Origin: a virus
Lineage: Duplodnaviria; Caudoviricetes
Length of the DNA: 32,978 nt
Virus record (IMG/VR): IMGVR_UViG_3300032332_000267
Location: 1 to 32,978 of that record
Direction: 5' to 3' (one strand)
The translations under genes were made by a program, and so were the position numbers. The notes below the pieces were generated by a model. The model was not told the origin of the DNA and did not search any database. It was given only the letters and a program-made list of their open reading frames with translations. Below, piece after piece: positions 24,745 to 32,978 of this stretch (position 1 is the stretch's first letter; every line of letters starts with the position of its first letter).

Positions 24745-25725
24745 TTACTCCGTCATAATGCCCTGGAACTGGAGTCCAGAAGCAGTCATATTACCGGCCC
24801 ACCCAATCAAGCGCACAATTGCGTCTTGGTTGGTACTCATGCGCTCATCGCCGATTGGGACGAAGTTGCGGTTAGCGTGTGGTCGGAAAAAGATGTACTT
24901 CGTGTTAAGGAAGTAACCTGTAGAAGCAGGGATGTTGCCACCAATACCACCGTCCAGCACAACGTCTGCGTTCATGTACTTGGAAGCAACAAAGCCGAGT
25001 TCGGCCATTTTGCTTGAGCCAGGGAAACGCTGGATGTTCTGCAATGAGGACATGAAGAACGACCAGAGGTTGTTGTCCAACAAGATCAAATCAACCACAT
25101 CAGAACCACGGCTAGTCTTAGCATACAAACGGTTAAAACCAGTTTGGATGTTAGATGCGCTTGCGCTCACGCCGAGGTCGCTAGAGAAGTCGAAAGTCTG
25201 GTTTTGCCAGAAAGACCAAGATGCACGATCAATGCCGCCGACCACACCCGTAGATGGGGAAGCAACAACCATCGCTTGCAAACCTGTGATCTGCTTGCCA
25301 TTGTTACCAGTTCCGTCCGAGTAAATACCCGTAGAGATCAAGTTTTCAATAGAAGCCTCTGCAACGTCCAAACGTGCGTCAAACAAATCAATGATCTGTT
25401 CTTCGCCGCTGTTTTGCAACATCTCAAGACCGTTAATGGTGACAGCCACCGCAGCTTGTTTGATTGGGAACTGAGCCGCGCTGATCACATCCGCAGGGGA
25501 AATGTTCAGAACTTCAGCGCCCGAATAGTACATGGCGGTAGAGTTTGCTTGGAACGACAACTCTTGCAAGATAGTCGAACCACCTGTGAATGGCTTGTAA
25601 CGGCCTTTCTCACGCAGGCGAGTCAGCAACGCATTGTTTTTAGTCACGTTATCAGCAACGATGCCGGAACGCGACTCAATGGTAGTGGCCAAAACGTCTG
25701 AGTAATTACTATTGGCGTATGCCAT
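24745..25725 (-). CDS. Major capsid protein
   Basis: 326 aa, ATTIESRSG-x-VADNVTKNNALL. Strong AAGGAG Shine-Dalgarno; follows the scaffold gene. Confidence 0.9.
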   Translation of the reverse strand: MAYANSNYSDVLATTIESRSGIVADNVTKNNALLTRLREKGRYKPFTGGSTILQELSFQANSTAMYYSGAEVLNISPADVISAAQFPIKQAAVAVTINGLEMLQNSGEEQIIDLFDARLDVAEASIENLISTGIYSDGTGNNGKQITGLQAMVVASPSTGVVGGIDRASWSFWQNQTFDFSSDLGVSASASNIQTGFNRLYAKTSRGSDVVDLILLDNNLWSFFMSSLQNIQRFPGSSKMAELGFVASKYMNADVVLDGGIGGNIPASTGYFLNTKYIFFRPHANRNFVPIGDERMSTNQDAIVRLIGWAGNMTASGLQFQGIMTE

Positions 25726-25736
25726 AAGAATTCTCC

Positions 25737-26780
25737 TTAGTAGTTCGCAGAGCGTAACGCATTTGCAATGATTGCCCTGCGATCAGTTTGGTTTAATGCA
25801 GCGTTCATGACCGAGCCTGGTGACCCTTTGACTTGAACTGCTGCCGCTTTTGCTCTCTGGGCTTGACTTTGGGCTTGCAATGACTGTTGCTGTTGAGCAA
25901 ATATCTGTTGCGAAAGATTTGGGTCTAACCGAATGGCCGTGTCGTATGCTAATTGCAATTTCTCGCGCTCAGACATATTTCCCGTGTCCCCCAGAACGTG
26001 CGGTGCTTGGAGAAGCGACAACATTCTGTCTTGGACTGCCTCGAAATGCGCATTTGCGGGGTCAGCCGCAAACTGCTGGATTACCGAGAGTGCTCGGCTT
26101 TCATTCTGTTTTTGCGCTTCATACTGGCTCTGCGTGATGTGCTGAGTCAGTTGTTGAACTTGTTGCGCTAATTGATTGTAATGATTATCTTGGACGGGTG
26201 GTTGACCGCCAAAATGTGCAGCGACCTGATCTAGCGGAATTTGGAATTGCGAGATCATCTGCGCCACAGCCTGAGACTTTTGCTGTGGTGTACCCGTCCG
26301 CAACAATGCCGCAGTCTGAAGAAGTGGCGCAATTGCCGTTGCTGGCGTTGCGTTTTCGTTTCGCAACATCCATTCATAAGGCTGGAAAAGCTCTGTTATC
26401 GCCTTGGCTTCAGCATCACGGCTTTTATACGTATTAATACCACGTTCAAAGTCTGCCTCGCGTTGGGCGATAGCTTGGCGCAGCTCTGGAGGTGCTTTTT
26501 CCCAATGTGCTTTCATCTCTACCTTAAGAGATTTTGGCATTTCAGGAACGTGGACAACAGGCTTTTCTTGCTTGCTGTCTGGTGTTGGGAATTTAGCAGC
26601 TCGCTCTGCTTTTGGCTCTTTAGGCTCTTTTGCGTCTTTTTTCAACGCTTCACGAATAACGTCAGAACGACTTTGTGGCTCTGCTTTTGGCTCAACCTTA
26701 ACTTCGGTTGGCTCAACTTTAATTTCTGGTTCGGGTGGAGTTGGGTCAATCGTGTCGGGTGCGACAACTTCGTTTTCCAT
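25737..26780 (-). CDS. Probable scaffolding protein
   Basis: Acidic, Pro-rich N-terminus and a Gln-rich helical body; directly upstream of the major capsid gene. Confidence 0.75.
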   Translation of the reverse strand: MENEVVAPDTIDPTPPEPEIKVEPTEVKVEPKAEPQSRSDVIREALKKDAKEPKEPKAERAAKFPTPDSKQEKPVVHVPEMPKSLKVEMKAHWEKAPPELRQAIAQREADFERGINTYKSRDAEAKAITELFQPYEWMLRNENATPATAIAPLLQTAALLRTGTPQQKSQAVAQMISQFQIPLDQVAAHFGGQPPVQDNHYNQLAQQVQQLTQHITQSQYEAQKQNESRALSVIQQFAADPANAHFEAVQDRMLSLLQAPHVLGDTGNMSEREKLQLAYDTAIRLDPNLSQQIFAQQQQSLQAQSQAQRAKAAAVQVKGSPGSVMNAALNQTDRRAIIANALRSANY

Positions 26781-27203
26781 TTATCTCATCCTTTTCATTT
26801 GGTCTAAAGTCATTTTAATCATTTCTTTGCGCTCAGGCATAGGCCGATTATGCAACCGATTAGCCATTTCCACGTTTAGCCCACTCATTTTCATTGGATT
26901 GATAGGCGCACCAGGTCGGTCAAACTCTTGAGTAACCGCAACTTGACCACGCAATCGTTCAATGTGAGCTGACTTCTTTTTGTTCCATTGCTCTTGAGCA
27001 TATTTAACATCCGAATGCCCCATTTCAATAGAATCAGTCCGTTTTAGATGTTCTCGCCATTGAGCGCGACCCTCAATCATTACCCCGTCTGGAGACATAA
27101 AAGGAGCAATGTCACCCATTACTGAGTAACGCTCGTCAGGTGGGCCAAGGTGCTTCTCGTAAGGTGGTGACCCGTCCGCTGGATAAACCCAAGTCTGTCT
27201 CAA
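26781..27203 (-). CDS. Hypothetical head-region protein
   Basis: DIAPFMSPDGVMIEGRAQWREHLKR motif; coupled to its neighbours. Confidence 0.7.
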   Translation of the reverse strand: MRQTWVYPADGSPPYEKHLGPPDERYSVMGDIAPFMSPDGVMIEGRAQWREHLKRTDSIEMGHSDVKYAQEQWNKKKSAHIERLRGQVAVTQEFDRPGAPINPMKMSGLNVEMANRLHNRPMPERKEMIKMTLDQMKRMR

Positions 27204-27556
27204 AGTAACTCCAATATCATTGAAATGTCTTGCTCATCCCTTTCAAAGCGTATTCGCTTGTCAAGTTCCTTAACCCGCTGCATTAGCGAATCATAATCAA
27301 TTGTGTTTCTGGCTGCAATCTCTATTGTTTGCTCAGGCGCAGAACTAATTTCTTCTCTAACTTCTGGCGGCAGGCCAAATATAGCAGCATGAAGCGTTTT
27401 TTTGCGTTGTGCTTCCAGCTCTTTTTCATTTTCCCACCGCTTGTCTCGTTCATCAAAACCAAAATGCCCGCCTAATGGGATTTCGGTGATTACAGGGCTA
27501 ACTACGCTTGATATTGTCGCAAACGGTAATTCAGCAAATGCCCCGTATCCAAACAT
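27200..27556 (-). CDS. Hypothetical protein
   Basis: MFGYGAFAELPFA N-terminus; coupled to its neighbours. Confidence 0.65.
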   Translation of the reverse strand: MFGYGAFAELPFATISSVVSPVITEIPLGGHFGFDERDKRWENEKELEAQRKKTLHAAIFGLPPEVREEISSAPEQTIEIAARNTIDYDSLMQRVKELDKRIRFERDEQDISMILELL

Positions 27557-27825
27557 TACGCGTCCTCTGCGCCTTCAAATTCAGGCTTTTGCTTGATGAT
27601 TGAGTATAAGGCCGCGCGGTCTGCGCCTGCAACATATTCTTCACCAGCGATCTGCACCTTGCCTGCGCTTAATGGCTGTTTACCAGCTTCACGGGCTTCT
27701 TTGGATGCGTAGCCGTAAAACGTAACTTCAGTGCCCTTGCCTTTGAAGTCTTCTTGAACAGCCCCGATGTTCCAGTAATTTGCGGGGACGCCGTAGTCGG
27801 TCATGATTGATTTGATGAGTGCCAT
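27556..27825 (-). CDS. Hypothetical protein (possible fiber chaperone)
   Basis: 89 aa, MALIK...EFEGAEDA; directly after the fiber-like gene. Confidence 0.65.
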   Translation of the reverse strand: MALIKSIMTDYGVPANYWNIGAVQEDFKGKGTEVTFYGYASKEAREAGKQPLSAGKVQIAGEEYVAGADRAALYSIIKQKPEFEGAEDA

Positions 27826-27827
27826 GT

Positions 27828-29780
27828 TTATCCTACGAGTAAGCGACGGGTTGTACCGCCAGAATCTTTGATTGTGATGTAGCCTGCAACTGCTAACAAC
27901 GCGCTGACAGTGTATGTACCAAACTTGATTACACCTGCACCTCTGGGTGTGATTGCAATGTCAACGTCTGTGCTAGAGCCTTGTGCAGACAACGTAACAA
28001 CACCCGGAGAACCGGAAGCACCGCCCGTTATTTGTACGTAGTTAACAGCAGATGCTGTGTGGGATACAGAAAATTGTTGGTTTGCGGTTGTTCCATTTGT
28101 TGCAAAGTTAATTGGAGCCGCACCTTTAGAGGCATAAGCCATTGTTACCGTTGCACCAGTACTTGCCGCATACATTACAGTAGAAGATGCGCTACCGAAT
28201 GTGTTTATAAAAGCAGGATTAGAAACTCCGTTATCCGAAATTCTAAATGCTTCGCCACTGGGGACATAAAATGAAAGTGGCGTACCAATAGAACGAATAA
28301 CCGTTCCAGACCCCACCGTAGCATAAGCAGCAGCACCAGAGCCGCCACCGCCTGAGAAAGTGACTGTGGGTTGTTCTACGTAGCCTGAACCTGCGTTTGT
28401 GATGTTCCAAGTAGGCGCAGATGTACGAAGTAAATAAAAGGTTAAATTAAATGTTGCGCCTGTTCCAGTCCCGCCAGTTACAGATACAGGGTTTGTTGGC
28501 ACAACTGTATATGCCCCACCAGTAGTAAAAGCCAATGCTGTAATTGCACCAGCAGTTGCAGTAACTGTGGCTGCGGCTGAAGAAGCACCAGTACCGCCAG
28601 AAAATGTAATTGTGTCACCAGTCGTATATCCTGAACCGCCGTTAACAATCGTGTAAGCGCCAGTAGATTGCACATAAACTTGTGCTGTTGCTTGAACGCC
28701 ACCTGCTGTTGTCGGGGCCGAAATGCTTGCCGACGGTGCAGAAGTATATGTTCCGCCTCCTGCATTAGTTGTTGTCAGCGCAGTAACAGTACCACCGTTA
28801 GAGATGTTTACGCCACCTTGGGTAGATAAATCAATAGCGCCTGTTGTGCCTTTAGATTGAATAGCAAGGGAAACAGCAGCATCGCTACCAAGAGACTGAA
28901 ACTGGACAGCTTTACCTGTTGCGCCGCCTGTGATTTGTTCGTAGTTAGCTGAACCGCCGCCACCGATCAGCGTGGTAAACGTACCAGCAGCAGGAGTTGT
29001 AGCACCTACTGTAGCGCCGTTGATCGTGCCGCCTGTAATTGCCGCTGATGGAATGGTTACCGCGCCTGTGGTTTCAACAGTCATTGCGTCTGCGGTATTA
29101 ACAGCGCCGTTAACAATAAAACTGATCTTTTGACTATCCCATGACCCCAAAACTAATGGGCCACCATATGACTCTACAAAGGTTGCCAATGGCGTAGAAA
29201 ACCCGTTATTGGGATACCCTGCCGCAGAATAACTGTAATTAGAGTTATTTATTCCTAATTCACCATATGCGGTATGCCCGCCATCATTGACAGCATAGCT
29301 TGCATAACTGGTATTGCTTGCGCTGGTGTTTTGCAGGCTTGTATAAAGATATAACGGCTCACTTGCCGTAAATCCAGCAATCACGCCCGAATCTGTGTGT
29401 GCTGTTGCATCGCCTACATTCAGCGAACCAACATTGGTTGTACCACTTGTGTATGGAATCAATACCCGATTGTTGGCGTCTTTATTGACTGATTTTTCAG
29501 CAGGATAGGTGACAAACACATCTTTTGCGCCTGCGCTGAAGTTAACCTTATTACCGCTGTTTGAGGACGCATAAATTGTGTCCCTGCTCAATGTACCGCC
29601 GTAATACGTGCCTAGCCCAACTTCCCATTCAGACCCTCTATTAATTGCGTAATAGGTTGTGTTGTTGTTGCCAATGACCGCAAAAGACTGAAAACCCTGC
29701 ACCGCCCCATCTAGCGTGATCGTGCCTGTTCCCGTGGTTTGGGTTGTCTCACGTACCCGATCATCAAGCATTAAGCTCAT
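27828..29780 (-). CDS. Gly/Thr/Ser-rich fiber-like structural protein
   Basis: DRVRETTQTTGTGTITL N-terminus and repeated (I/V)-x-N-x-GSGY...P-x-V-x-F-x-GG modules. Confidence 0.75.
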   Translation of the reverse strand: MSLMLDDRVRETTQTTGTGTITLDGAVQGFQSFAVIGNNNTTYYAINRGSEWEVGLGTYYGGTLSRDTIYASSNSGNKVNFSAGAKDVFVTYPAEKSVNKDANNRVLIPYTSGTTNVGSLNVGDATAHTDSGVIAGFTASEPLYLYTSLQNTSASNTSYASYAVNDGGHTAYGELGINNSNYSYSAAGYPNNGFSTPLATFVESYGGPLVLGSWDSQKISFIVNGAVNTADAMTVETTGAVTIPSAAITGGTINGATVGATTPAAGTFTTLIGGGGSANYEQITGGATGKAVQFQSLGSDAAVSLAIQSKGTTGAIDLSTQGGVNISNGGTVTALTTTNAGGGTYTSAPSASISAPTTAGGVQATAQVYVQSTGAYTIVNGGSGYTTGDTITFSGGTGASSAAATVTATAGAITALAFTTGGAYTVVPTNPVSVTGGTGTGATFNLTFYLLRTSAPTWNITNAGSGYVEQPTVTFSGGGGSGAAAYATVGSGTVIRSIGTPLSFYVPSGEAFRISDNGVSNPAFINTFGSASSTVMYAASTGATVTMAYASKGAAPINFATNGTTANQQFSVSHTASAVNYVQITGGASGSPGVVTLSAQGSSTDVDIAITPRGAGVIKFGTYTVSALLAVAGYITIKDSGGTTRRLLVG

Positions 29781-32101
29781 AATGTCTCCACGCCAATCAC
29801 TAGACCATCAGCGCCGCGCACCACTTTCTTGGGCGCTCCGAGCTTCTTAACAGCCTCTCCAATGCCCTGCATGGTCTGCCCATGTAAGTTGGCCATGTTG
29901 TCAGCAATCTGCGCCATTTGCATGACCGCATTCTGTACACCCATACCAAGTTCTTGGGTGATTTTCTCGGACGCCGCTTGTTCTGCTTCCAGCATTTGCA
30001 AGTCAACACCAGGATTGGCCCCGATTCTGGCCACCAAAACCTTAGTTGCCGCATCCAGCTCGGCTTTCCAGCGTTCATATTCTTCGCGGCCTTGCATTTC
30101 TCTTGCCTTGACCTGAAGCTCGTTATTTGAAAGCTGTTGGGCAAACTGCTCTTTCATCTGCTCAAGCTGGAGGTCTGCTTGCACTTTGGCTTGCTGCATT
30201 TGCATTTCAAGTTGTGCTTTAGCTTGGGCAAGTTGCCCCTCGGCCTGCATCTTCATCTGCTCACTTTGCGCTTGGGCTTGCATCCGCATCTGCTCGGCTT
30301 GCTGCTCGGCTTGGAGTTTCATGATCTCAGGATTCTGTTGCGGTTGCGCTTGGGCCTGTTGTGCCTTAGCCTGTAGAGCCTTCATAGCCTGTTCAATAGC
30401 AGTTTCTAGGCTTCGGCCTGCGCGGTAACGTCTGACTAAGAATAAAAGCATTTCGCTCATCATCGGCAGCATTTCAGGAGCCTGGTGAACCATCGGCAAG
30501 CTAGAAGCTAAAAAGTCGCCAATAATCTTGACCGCTTCAGTTGCGTTTTGTTTGTCAGCCTGTTCGTCAATCTGCGCTAAGGTATCGGCTTCAACCTGAA
30601 TGTGAAAGTCCCGAATCGTGCTGTTTGACAGCATCTGCACCGCAGCTTGCAACAACTGAGGATTCTGGCCTTCAGGAGTGTTCATCACCCCCGACATTTC
30701 CACGATCAGTTCAGGTGGGTAGAACTTACAGACAATTTGGGCTTTGATTCTGAATAAGTCAGTTGCAAATCGAGCCACATCGCCCTGAGTTGCTCTCAAT
30801 CGCAGACTGCCAAAGTTAGCTTTAAGCTGTTGGGCGCCTAAAGTCTCGCTTGCGTTAGTTGCACCCCTGAGAATGTCAGAAATGCCGCAGATTTCGTAAA
30901 TTGACTGCTTAACGACTTCGCGTGATTGATAGAGCTGTTGCAAAGTGCGAATGATTGCGCTGGTGTCCAGCATATCAATAGCGCCTTTTAGACCGCCTTT
31001 TTCGCTCATTGCTGCCCATGCAGTCACAGGGAATAGCTTGTTGTCCACGCCCTCTGTAAACAAACGCCCCAATTCCTTAAATTCAGCGTTAAACACGCCG
31101 ACTGCCTTACAAGCCTTGACCAACAGGTAAATGCGCTGTGTCAGGTTGTCTAGTTCTTGCGCTTGGTCTTCATATTCGCAGTAATCAGGGATTGGAATCA
31201 TTGACCCGTTGGTCGTTGTGGCCAACAAAGGCTTAGGACAAGGGAAGAATTCCTCAAGTTCTAGCGGGTCATCACGCTCATCTAATGCTTGGGGATAACC
31301 CTTGGCAACCCAACAGACCTTTTTAGTGCGTTTGTTCCAGATTTCAGCAACTTTGGCTTTTTTGCCGTAGGTCGCCTTGGCTGTCATTGGGTTTTTGGCG
31401 TCAATATCGTCGTTCTGGTCAGTCAAAGGGACGTTTTTAAACACATCACCAAAACGCTCAATGCCCTCGTCCTTGGTCATGTAGACCCAACGACTCACCC
31501 ACCAAACTTCATCCCATGTTCGTGCTGGTGAATGCAGAAAGTCCGTCCAATAGACGTAATCAACAGGACTGTGGGCTGAGTCAACGCGCTCAATTTCCTC
31601 AGTATTGGTGATTTCTGCGCCTTCATCGGCCTCAATGCCCGTGGGCATACCCGTTTCTTGTTGCTCAATACCTACGATAACAGGCTCATATCTGACCCAT
31701 GCTGTACCGCGACCAGGTAAGAGTCGATCTTCAACCACGCCACGCATTGCTGAGTCAAAGTCGTTGAATTGGGTGACTTCATACTCAACCACGCGCTCGA
31801 GCATTGTGCTGGCCAAACGGCCAACAGGGTCTTGATCCATGTACCTACGCGAGACTTCAGGCTTTGCCATCCGTCCGTAAAGTGCAGGAAATAGAACAGA
31901 AATGTTTGACCAAAGGATGTTGAACTTCATCCTTGGCATTTCAATAGCGTCACGCTCGTCACGATAACGCCGCACGACTTTCTTGCCGCGCTTCTCCCAC
32001 TTGTCAAAAACTTTTTGGGCTTGTTCTAGCTGGTCATGCCAATACGGGCCTTGATCGTCCTCATAAGCCTCTTGGTCTGCGTAGGAGCTGTCGAATGCCA
32101 T
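29777..32101 (-). CDS. Portal protein with a long Gln-rich C-terminal coiled coil
   Basis: About 774 aa, two genes after terL. FNILWSN, DRLLPGRG-x-AWVRYE and P22-like barrel-type C-terminus. The likely start is ATG 32101. Confidence 0.88.
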   Translation of the reverse strand: MAFDSSYADQEAYEDDQGPYWHDQLEQAQKVFDKWEKRGKKVVRRYRDERDAIEMPRMKFNILWSNISVLFPALYGRMAKPEVSRRYMDQDPVGRLASTMLERVVEYEVTQFNDFDSAMRGVVEDRLLPGRGTAWVRYEPVIVGIEQQETGMPTGIEADEGAEITNTEEIERVDSAHSPVDYVYWTDFLHSPARTWDEVWWVSRWVYMTKDEGIERFGDVFKNVPLTDQNDDIDAKNPMTAKATYGKKAKVAEIWNKRTKKVCWVAKGYPQALDERDDPLELEEFFPCPKPLLATTTNGSMIPIPDYCEYEDQAQELDNLTQRIYLLVKACKAVGVFNAEFKELGRLFTEGVDNKLFPVTAWAAMSEKGGLKGAIDMLDTSAIIRTLQQLYQSREVVKQSIYEICGISDILRGATNASETLGAQQLKANFGSLRLRATQGDVARFATDLFRIKAQIVCKFYPPELIVEMSGVMNTPEGQNPQLLQAAVQMLSNSTIRDFHIQVEADTLAQIDEQADKQNATEAVKIIGDFLASSLPMVHQAPEMLPMMSEMLLFLVRRYRAGRSLETAIEQAMKALQAKAQQAQAQPQQNPEIMKLQAEQQAEQMRMQAQAQSEQMKMQAEGQLAQAKAQLEMQMQQAKVQADLQLEQMKEQFAQQLSNNELQVKAREMQGREEYERWKAELDAATKVLVARIGANPGVDLQMLEAEQAASEKITQELGMGVQNAVMQMAQIADNMANLHGQTMQGIGEAVKKLGAPKKVVRGADGLVIGVETL

Positions 32102-32102
32102 A

Positions 32103-32372
32103 TTAAGCCGCAAAGAAGAAAGTCACATCTAAAGTTCCGCCGATAGTCGCATAAAGACTGACGCCCACGTTAGCCGGAAACCGATGGAATCCAATTGCTG
32201 GAGTGATCGTGCCGGACATAACATCACCGCTTGCGCCACCGTTGCGAAGCACCAAAGTGCCTGAACTTGTGTTGTTAACGTAGAAACCGATTAGTTGACA
32301 TTGGCCGTTGCTGACCGCCCCTGTTGCTGTGATGTTTTTGTATCCACCGCATTCTGCTACTGGTTGGCTCAT
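32103..32372 (-). CDS. Small beta-rich hypothetical protein
   Basis: 89 aa between terL and portal; ATGA coupling to terL. Confidence 0.7.
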   Translation of the reverse strand: MSQPVAECGGYKNITATGAVSNGQCQLIGFYVNNTSSGTLVLRNGGASGDVMSGTITPAIGFHRFPANVGVSLYATIGGTLDVTFFFAA

Positions 32373-32978
32373 ATCCGTTCCTCTTTGTGTGTCGTTTCAA
32401 AGTTCCACAATTCATCCAAAGTGATCGTTTGCAGGGTTTTTCCTTTGGGCTGCGGCTCGTCTCTTTTATCTTGACGGTAGGCCACGGCTAACATTCTAAA
32501 CGCATCCGCAGGGTGTGAACACCAGTCATGCCTTGGATTTTGCCTAAATGTTTTCTTGTCCTCATCATATTCCCTTTGATACTGCCTGAGTGCCTCTAGC
32601 CCTTCATCACAGATCGGGTCAAAGTAACACTTGGGCAGAATCATCCGCACCGCCTGAATTCCATCCTGAATCCCAATTTCGGGCACGATGGCCAACTTTC
32701 CCATGCCACCCAAGTGCGTAGCCAACTGCTCAACAATGGACTTTCCACCGCTTGCCAGCGTTTTAGCTCTAGCATCATGGGGTAGGTAATGCTTGGTGTA
32801 CCGATAACCCTTCATGTTCACAACGTCAGCAATGTCGTTAATGCTGGCCCCTGAGACTGCGTAATAGTCCATTACGTGAATCTCGCCGCGCACAATCTGA
32901 TACCACCAGATTGCCGTATCGTCCCGATAACCCAAGTCCCAAGCCGTGAATACTGGCGCATCAGGGTCAAACTTCAGG
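32369..32978 (-). CDS. terL: Terminase large subunit, C-terminal nuclease part
   Basis: AWDLGYRDDTAIW...HYLPHDA...HDWCSHPADAFR (RNase H-like acidic residues); continuous with 1..833. Confidence 0.95.
   Translation of the reverse strand, partial: LKFDPDAPVFTAWDLGYRDDTAIWWYQIVRGEIHVMDYYAVSGASINDIADVVNMKGYRYTKHYLPHDARAKTLASGGKSIVEQLATHLGGMGKLAIVPEIGIQDGIQAVRMILPKCYFDPICDEGLEALRQYQREYDEDKKTFRQNPRHDWCSHPADAFRMLAVAYRQDKRDEPQPKGKTLQTITLDELWNFETTHKEERI
32856..32978. repeat. Terminal direct repeat (circular assembly overlap), right copy
   Basis: Identical to bases 1-123. Confidence 0.97.

Noticed and set aside
1-32978. Alternative genetic code
   Set aside because: Genes translate to full length and pack tightly under the standard code, and all three stop codons are used.

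Overview
This window is an apparently complete, circularly permuted dsDNA tailed-phage genome of about 32,855 bp. Bases 1-123 are identical to bases 32856-32978, and the large terminase gene reads across that junction. The morphogenesis module is podovirus-type: terminases, portal, scaffold, capsid, adaptor, nozzle, three ejection proteins and a chaperone-bearing fiber, with no tape measure or sheath. The early region is lambdoid-like, with a divergent Cro, ERF plus YqaJ recombination genes, a DUF1376 initiator with iterons, NinB and a VRR-NUC-like nuclease, but I found no integrase or CI repressor. A proteobacterial host is likely, but that is inference. Four things stand out. (1) A cassette inside the head operon encodes two Maf/DUF115 sialyltransferase-like domains, a GT-B glycosyltransferase domain and a SAM methyltransferase, with a further GT-A enzyme elsewhere; this is a candidate virion-glycosylation system. 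(2) Two C4-like antisense RNAs have loops that co-vary with target sites next to the downstream start codons. (3) A highly structured leader of about 190 nt, with a pseudoknot, mutually exclusive stems and a terminator, sits in front of the late genes. (4) An LPD23/metallopeptidase protein and a ferritin-like protein lie just upstream of the terminase. All family assignments come from motif recognition by eye; no searches were run.
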